Source: Chloroflexota bacterium
GTDB lineage: Bacteria; Chloroflexota; Dehalococcoidia; UBA2979
NCBI GenBank assembly: GCA_027593235.1
Contig: JAQCIU010000008.1
Coordinates: 32,001 to 96,000, forward strand
DNA length: 64,000 bases
Direction: 5' to 3'
In this document: piece after piece, positions 58,619 to 64,000 of the stretch
Layout of the letters: every line of letters starts with the position of its first letter
Position numbering within the stretch: the first letter of the stretch is position 1
Notes under the pieces: model-generated
What the model was told of the DNA's origin: nothing
The model's database searches: none
What the model saw: only the letters and a program-made list of their open reading frames with translations
Made by a program: the position numbers and the translations under genes

Positions 58619-60586
58619 TCAGGCGGCGCTATGCGCCTCGCGCCAGCCGCCGTCCAGGAACAGCTGCGCCCACTGCTCGAACGCGATCACCACCCACAGC
58701 GGGTCACCGTTCGACACCTCGCCGCGCATCGCCGACTGCCACCAGCGATCGACCGTCTCCGAGCGAACGACCCCACGCTTGCGGATGCCCGGAAGCAATC
58801 GCTCCTCGATCAGCGTCCGCAGCGGACGGTGCGCGTAGTACTCGATCAGCGGCAGATCGAAACCCTGCTTCGGCCGGTACGCGAACTCGTCGCCGAAGTG
58901 ATGCGCCGCCAGCTCCTTCAGGACCAGCTTGGTGCTGCGCATCATCAGTTCGCTGCGTCTCCTGACCAGGCGCGGGTCGAGCGCCGAACGCAATAGATGA
59001 TCGGTGGGAAGCGTCGCCACCCGCTCCAGCAATTGGTGATCCAGGAACGGGACGCGATTCTCCACCGCATGCGCCATCGTCATCCGGTCTTGCCGCATCA
59101 ACAGATCGACCAGGTAGGTGCGCAGCTCGTAGTTCAGCCAGTCCCGGCGGTGATCGCCGGAACCCTCCCCGTACATCAGGCGACGGTGGCCGGTCACCGA
59201 TTCCAACGTGGCGTCAGGACGAAGGTCGCGCACCCCGTCCAAAGGCAGGAACGCGGAGCTCGTCACCACGCGCCCAATGTCGTCGCCCGCCCCGAAGCTC
59301 GTGCCCCGGAGATTCCCAAAGCGGTGGCGCAGACCCGGCAGGCGCGCGCTGACGGGAAGGAGCCAGCGCAACTGCTCGCGCATCAATGCATAAAAGAAGC
59401 GGTTGTACCCGCCGAACGCCTCGTCGGCGCCCTCGCCGCTCAGCAGCACCGTGACATCCGGTTTCGCGCGTTCCGCGATCCGCAGGATGCCCAGTGAGTT
59501 CGGAAGATTCAGCGGCTGGTCCATATGCCACGCCGCACGAGGGAAGGCGCCCGCGAAGTAGTCCGCGTCCATCGTCGCCTTGTGCACCTCGACGCCGGCC
59601 TTCGTCGTTGCCTCGTCGATCCAGCGTTCCTCGGAGAATCGTGGGTCGTCGAACACGATCGAGTACGCATCCAGGCGGCTGCCCGCCGACTCCGAGGCGT
59701 AGAGATTCACCAACGAGGAGTCGACCCCGCCGGAGAGCTGGCAGCCAACCGTCACATCGCTCAGCAGACGCGCCTGGACCGCCCAACGCAGCTCCAGTTC
59801 CACCGTCTCCAGACTCTCGTCCAGCGAGCCGCCGCTGTCGTCGCTGCCCGTGGGGAGCGACCAGTAACGGCTGATGCGGGTGCCCGCAGGCGTCACCCGC
59901 ATCCAATGCCCGGGCTCCAGGTCGTGCACGTCCTGAAAGAGCGATCGCCCACCGGCCACGTACCGGAACGCGAAAAACTCATCGAGGACCGCCTCGTTCA
60001 GCCGCGGATCGAAGTCCGGGTGCGCGAGGAACGACTTGATTTCGGACCCAAAGAGAAAGGTGTCGCCGTTTCGGTACCAGTAGAAGGGCTTGATCCCGAC
60101 CCGGTCCCGCCCGAGGTAGATCGCCTGTTCGCGCAGATCGACGATGCAGATCGCGAACATCCCGTTCGTTCGCGCGAGCATCCCTTCGAAGCCGTAGTGC
60201 TGATAGAGGTAAAGCAACACCTCGGTGTCGCTCCGGCTGTGGAACTGAAAGCCCGCGGCCTCCAGTTCGCTGGTGTAGTCGAAGGCGTTGTACACCTCGC
60301 CGTTGAACGCGATGAACACCTGGCCATCCGCCGAGGACATTGGCTGATGCCCCTCCAGCGACAGGTCCATGATGCTGAGCCGGTTGAACGCGACGCCGCC
60401 CTCAAACAGGCCGTCCGCCGGTGGCGCACCATCGCGCGACTCCACGCTCCGCTGATCGCGCAGGCTGAAGAGGCGCATACCGTGATCGTCCGGACCACGG
60501 TGCGCCTGTAGTTCACGCATCGCCCGCAGCACATCGCGCTCAACCGGTGCGCCGTCGAAGTGGTAGATACCAGTCAGTCCACACAT
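58619..60586 (-). CDS. asnB: Asparagine synthase (glutamine-hydrolysing) family amidotransferase
   Basis: MCGLTG, HRGPD, GHQPM, FNGEVYN, SDTEV, LSGGVDSS, LSGEGADE, RVPFLD. Confidence 0.93.
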   Translation of the reverse strand: MCGLTGIYHFDGAPVERDVLRAMRELQAHRGPDDHGMRLFSLRDQRSVESRDGAPPADGLFEGGVAFNRLSIMDLSLEGHQPMSSADGQVFIAFNGEVYNAFDYTSELEAAGFQFHSRSDTEVLLYLYQHYGFEGMLARTNGMFAICIVDLREQAIYLGRDRVGIKPFYWYRNGDTFLFGSEIKSFLAHPDFDPRLNEAVLDEFFAFRYVAGGRSLFQDVHDLEPGHWMRVTPAGTRISRYWSLPTGSDDSGGSLDESLETVELELRWAVQARLLSDVTVGCQLSGGVDSSLVNLYASESAGSRLDAYSIVFDDPRFSEERWIDEATTKAGVEVHKATMDADYFAGAFPRAAWHMDQPLNLPNSLGILRIAERAKPDVTVLLSGEGADEAFGGYNRFFYALMREQLRWLLPVSARLPGLRHRFGNLRGTSFGAGDDIGRVVTSSAFLPLDGVRDLRPDATLESVTGHRRLMYGEGSGDHRRDWLNYELRTYLVDLLMRQDRMTMAHAVENRVPFLDHQLLERVATLPTDHLLRSALDPRLVRRRSELMMRSTKLVLKELAAHHFGDEFAYRPKQGFDLPLIEYYAHRPLRTLIEERLLPGIRKRGVVRSETVDRWWQSAMRGEVSNGDPLWVVIAFEQWAQLFLDGGWREAHSAA

Positions 60587-60777
60587 GACGGCGACGATCC
60601 TCGAGGTGACTCGAACACGGGTGGGCGCGCGGCAGACGGCGGCGGCGGTGAGCCTACCGAGATCATCGGATCCCGCCCCATTCTCGCAAGTCACGACCCC
60701 GCATGGAGAAATGTGGCGCTTCAGGTCGCACGAGAGCGCCGCGTCCGCCACACTCTGGACGGCGAAGGGAGCACCGC

Positions 60778-62193
60778 GTGCCCACGTTGCAGGATGTCCG
60801 TCAGCTCATCGAGGCACGAGGGCTGCGTCGCGTCGACCTCAAGGTCAGCGATCTCTTCGGCGCCTGGCATAGCTTCGCGATCCCGCCTGATCACCTGAAC
60901 GACGCCTTCGTCGAAAACGGCCTGGGCGTCGATGGCTCGAGCCTGCGTGGCTTCCAGCCGATCCACGAGTCCGACATGCTGTTGATGCCGGATCTGGACA
61001 GCGCCGCCGTCGATCCGGTCCCCGGCACCCCGACCCTCAGCCTGCTCTGCGACGTCGTCGATCCCGTCACGCGCGAACGCTTCTCGCGCGATCCGCGATT
61101 CGTCGCCTCCAAGGCGGAGGAGTACCTCCGTGCCTCCGGCGTCGCTGACGAGGCCCACTTCGGCCCCGAGCTGGAGTTCTTCATCTTCGATGACGTCCGC
61201 TACCAGCAGGACGGCAACACCGCCTTCTACTTCGTCGACTCCGCCGAGGGCCACTGGAACGCCGGCCGCGATGAGGCCCCGAACCAGGGCTACAAGCTCC
61301 GCCAACAGGGCGGCTACGCCGCCGCGCCGCCCGCCGATCAGACCTCCGACATCCGCTGGTTCATCGCGGAACAGCTCCGCTCCGTCGGCATCGAGGTCGA
61401 ATTCGATCACCACGAGGTCGCCTCGGGCGGCCAGGGCGAAATCGGCATTCGCCACGCCCCGCTGCTCGCGATGGCCGATCGCGTCCAGTGGTACAAGTAC
61501 CTCGTCCGCAACGCCGCCCGCGCGCACGGTCGCGTCGCCACCTTCATGCCGAAGCCAATGCACGGCGACAACGGCAGCGGCATGCACACCCACCAATCGC
61601 TCTGGCGCCGCGAGAACGCCCTCTTCTACGACTCCAACGGCTACGGCGGGCTCTCTCAGCTCGCCCGCAGCTACATGGGCGGGCTGCTCCACCACGCGCC
61701 AGCCCTGCTCGCGCTCACCAGCCCCACCACCAACTCCTACCGCCGCCTGGTCCCGGGCTTCGAGGCGCCGGTCCACCTCGTCTACTCCATGCGCAACCGC
61801 TCGGCCGCGATCCGCGTGCCCGTCTACTCCGTGTCGCCCGCTACCAAACGCATCGAGTTCCGCCCGCCGGACGGCACCGCGAACCCGTACCTGGCATTCG
61901 CGGCCATGCTGATGGCCGGCCTCGATGGCATCCAACGCCAGCTCGACCCCGGCGATCCGCTCGACCGCAATCTCTTCGAGCTTGATGCCCAGGAGAGCGC
62001 CCAGCTCCGCACCGTCCCGTCGACCCTCGAGGACGCGCTCGACGCGCTCGAGGCCGATCACGAGTTCCTGCTGCAGGGCGACGTCTTCACCCTGGACGTC
62101 CTGGAGCACTGGATCGCCGCGAAACGCACCGAGGTCGCGGAGGCCCGCACCCGGCCCACGCCCTACGAGTACCTCCAGTACTTCAACGCGTAG
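60778..62193 (+). CDS. glnA: Type I glutamine synthetase (GSI-beta-like)
   Basis: DGSSLRGF, GPELEFF, HHEV, TFMPKP, NGSGMH, RLVPGFEAP, RNRSAAIR, RIEFR; RBS GAAGGGAG. Confidence 0.95.
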   Translation: MPTLQDVRQLIEARGLRRVDLKVSDLFGAWHSFAIPPDHLNDAFVENGLGVDGSSLRGFQPIHESDMLLMPDLDSAAVDPVPGTPTLSLLCDVVDPVTRERFSRDPRFVASKAEEYLRASGVADEAHFGPELEFFIFDDVRYQQDGNTAFYFVDSAEGHWNAGRDEAPNQGYKLRQQGGYAAAPPADQTSDIRWFIAEQLRSVGIEVEFDHHEVASGGQGEIGIRHAPLLAMADRVQWYKYLVRNAARAHGRVATFMPKPMHGDNGSGMHTHQSLWRRENALFYDSNGYGGLSQLARSYMGGLLHHAPALLALTSPTTNSYRRLVPGFEAPVHLVYSMRNRSAAIRVPVYSVSPATKRIEFRPPDGTANPYLAFAAMLMAGLDGIQRQLDPGDPLDRNLFELDAQESAQLRTVPSTLEDALDALEADHEFLLQGDVFTLDVLEHWIAAKRTEVAEARTRPTPYEYLQYFNA

Positions 62194-62291
62194 CGTCAGG
62201 CCCGCTGGCGCGCCCGCACACCCGGACGCCGATAACGTTCGCACCCCAACGAGCCTGATCCTGCCGAAGTCGCCGTGTTTTGCCCGTTCCG

Positions 62292-62307
62292 GAAACCTCC
62301 GTGAAAC
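62292..62307 (+). promoter_or_regulatory. GlnR-box-like direct repeat
   Basis: GAAAC-CTCCGT-GAAAC (11-bp period) upstream of the second GS gene. Confidence 0.4.
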
Positions 62308-62330
62308 ATGACGCTGACTACCATGGGGAC

Positions 62331-63662
62331 ATGGTGAACGACGGCACGAAGCAACACGTGATCCAGTCCTGCCGCGATCACGACGTGAAGTTCATCCGCC
62401 TCTGGTTCACGGACATCCTCGGGATGCTCAAGTCGGTGGCGATCACCATCGAGGAACTCGAGCACGCGCTCAGCGACGGCGTCTCCTTCGATGGTTCCGC
62501 CATCGAGGGCTTCGCACGCCACGACGAGACGGACATGGTGGCGGTACCGGACACCTCCACCTTCCAAATCCTCCCCTGGCGTCCGCGCGAGCAGGCAGTC
62601 GCCCGCATGTTCTGCGACCTCCAGGTGCCCGGCGGCGATCCGTTCGTCGGCGATCCGCGCCACGTCCTCAAGCGCGTGCTCGCACGTGCCGCGGCCGCTG
62701 GCTACACCTTCTACATCTCCCCGGAGATCGAGTTCTTCTACTTCAAGGATTCGAAGAGCACGGAACCGCTCGACAGCGGCGGCTACTTCGATCTCACGCC
62801 GCTCGACGGCGGTTCGGATCTCCGACGCGAAACCGTGCTCGCCCTCGAACAGATGGGCATCGGCGTCGCGCTCAGCCATCACGAGGCGGCGCCCAGCCAG
62901 CACGAGATGGATCTCCGCTACACCGACGCGCTCACCATGGCCGACGCCGTGATGACGTACCGCCTCCTCGTCAAAGAGGTCGCCATGCGTCACGGCGTCT
63001 ACGCCACCTTCATGCCAAAGCCGCTCGCCAACGAGAACGGCTCGGGCATGCACCTCCAGCTCTCCCTCTTCCGAGGCGAAGCCAACGCGTTCTACGACGA
63101 AACAGATCCACTGAAGATCTCCCCGATCGCTCGCCACTACATCGCCGGGCTGCTCTCACATGCCCCGGAGCTGATGCTCCTCACCAACCAGTGGGTCAAC
63201 TCCTACAAACGACTGGTGCCCGGCACCGAGGCCCCGCTGTACGCGACCTGGTCGCCGAAGAGCCACTCGGACCTCGTGCGTGTGCCCGAGTACAAGCCGG
63301 GCCTCGAGGTCTCCACGCGTATCGAGTACCGCGTGCCGGACGCCGCCTGTAACCCGTACCTCGCGTTCGCGGGCGTGCTTGCCGCCGGCCTGCGCGGCAT
63401 CGAGGAAGGGCTACCGCTGCCCGCCCCCGTCACGGCCGCCACCGACGAACTCACCCGTGCGGAGATCGCCGCGCGTGGCCTCCAGGCGCTGCCCGGATCC
63501 CTCGGCGAAGCGATCGAACGCTTCGAGGGCTCCTCGTTCCTCCGCGAGAACCTCGGCGACCACGTCTTCGAGACCATCGTCGCGAACAAGAAGATCGAGT
63601 GGTCCGAGTACCGTTCGCAGGTCACACCCTTCGAACTCGACCGCTACCTCCCCCGCCTCTAG
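62331..63662 (+). CDS. Glutamine synthetase family protein (GSI-alpha/GlnA2-like)
   Basis: FIRLWFTDILG, FDGSAIEGF, HHEAAPSQHE, ATFMPKP, NGSGMH, RIEYRVPD. Confidence 0.92.
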   Translation: MVNDGTKQHVIQSCRDHDVKFIRLWFTDILGMLKSVAITIEELEHALSDGVSFDGSAIEGFARHDETDMVAVPDTSTFQILPWRPREQAVARMFCDLQVPGGDPFVGDPRHVLKRVLARAAAAGYTFYISPEIEFFYFKDSKSTEPLDSGGYFDLTPLDGGSDLRRETVLALEQMGIGVALSHHEAAPSQHEMDLRYTDALTMADAVMTYRLLVKEVAMRHGVYATFMPKPLANENGSGMHLQLSLFRGEANAFYDETDPLKISPIARHYIAGLLSHAPELMLLTNQWVNSYKRLVPGTEAPLYATWSPKSHSDLVRVPEYKPGLEVSTRIEYRVPDAACNPYLAFAGVLAAGLRGIEEGLPLPAPVTAATDELTRAEIAARGLQALPGSLGEAIERFEGSSFLRENLGDHVFETIVANKKIEWSEYRSQVTPFELDRYLPRL

Positions 63663-63781
63663 CCCCTTCGCCACCGCTCCGCGTTGAGCCGCCACCGTGC
63701 CGCGCCCTTCGGGTATATTTCGGACGGCGCCGCAGCATCTATCGCGCGGCAGCCGAACGATTCATGCGGCGAGGGGGCATT

Positions 63782-64000
63782 GTGGCCGAAGAGCTTGAAG
63801 ACTTGACTGATGAGATGAAGGCCGCCGTCGGCCAGGAAACCGGCCGTTCGACCTACGAGGTCACCACGCAGGGGATTCGCACCTTCGCGCGGTCCGTCGG
63901 TTACAAGGACCCGAAGTACTTCGATGAGTCAGCCGCTCGCGCCCTCGGCTACAGCGGACTGCCGTCTCCTCCCGGGTTCCTCGGCATGCCCATCTTCAAC
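63782..64000 (+). CDS. MaoC-like dehydratase N-terminal domain protein, partial at window edge
   Basis: YEVTTQGIRTFARSVGYKDPKYFDESAARALGYSGLPSPPGF; RBS GAGGGG before GTG. Confidence 0.75.
   Translation, partial: MAEELEDLTDEMKAAVGQETGRSTYEVTTQGIRTFARSVGYKDPKYFDESAARALGYSGLPSPPGFLGMPIFN

Noticed and set aside
56985-60586. AsnB-like pair as lasso peptide cyclases
   Set aside because: No precursor, B1/RRE or B2 protease gene is visible, and the intact copy retains its N-terminal Cys glutaminase domain.
1-64000. Genome-wide TAG recoding or pyrrolysine use
   Set aside because: TAG terminates many conserved genes at their expected ends (nosZ, ndk, glnA), and no pyl genes or CUA tRNA are in the window.

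Overview
High-GC bacterial chromosomal segment. Gene content (lipoprotein-anchored clade II NosZ, class F sortases, many acidic lipoproteins, GAAC-N4-GTTC-type SOS boxes) suggests a monoderm, probably Chloroflexota/Dehalococcoidia-like organism; this is inference. Main content: (1) a clade II nitrous oxide reductase cluster (nosZ, nosB-like, an in-frame nosD-TM-nosF fusion broken by an amber codon, nosY, a Cys-less cupredoxin lipoprotein, an SCO protein and a convergent cytochrome c lipoprotein); (2) housekeeping genes (rnhA, gyrA, thiL, tsaE, tsaB, ndk, rsfS, mnmA, a PHP histidinol phosphatase, two glutamine synthetase-family genes) and four tRNAs; (3) a c-di-GMP-I riboswitch ahead of an uncharacterised zinc-ribbon protein; (4) a cell-surface module with two class F sortases, two DTG-type sorting-signal substrates, an S-layer-like protein and a subtilase sharing a C-terminal GAPAFV domain, and an ECF sigma/anti-sigma pair; (5) an MrfA/MrfB-like repair operon with two LexA-like boxes; (6) three degenerate response regulators without a kinase. 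Two in-frame amber codons and three apparent deletion junctions may be real gene decay or sequencing/assembly artefacts. No CRISPR array, rRNA, transposase or integrase was seen.
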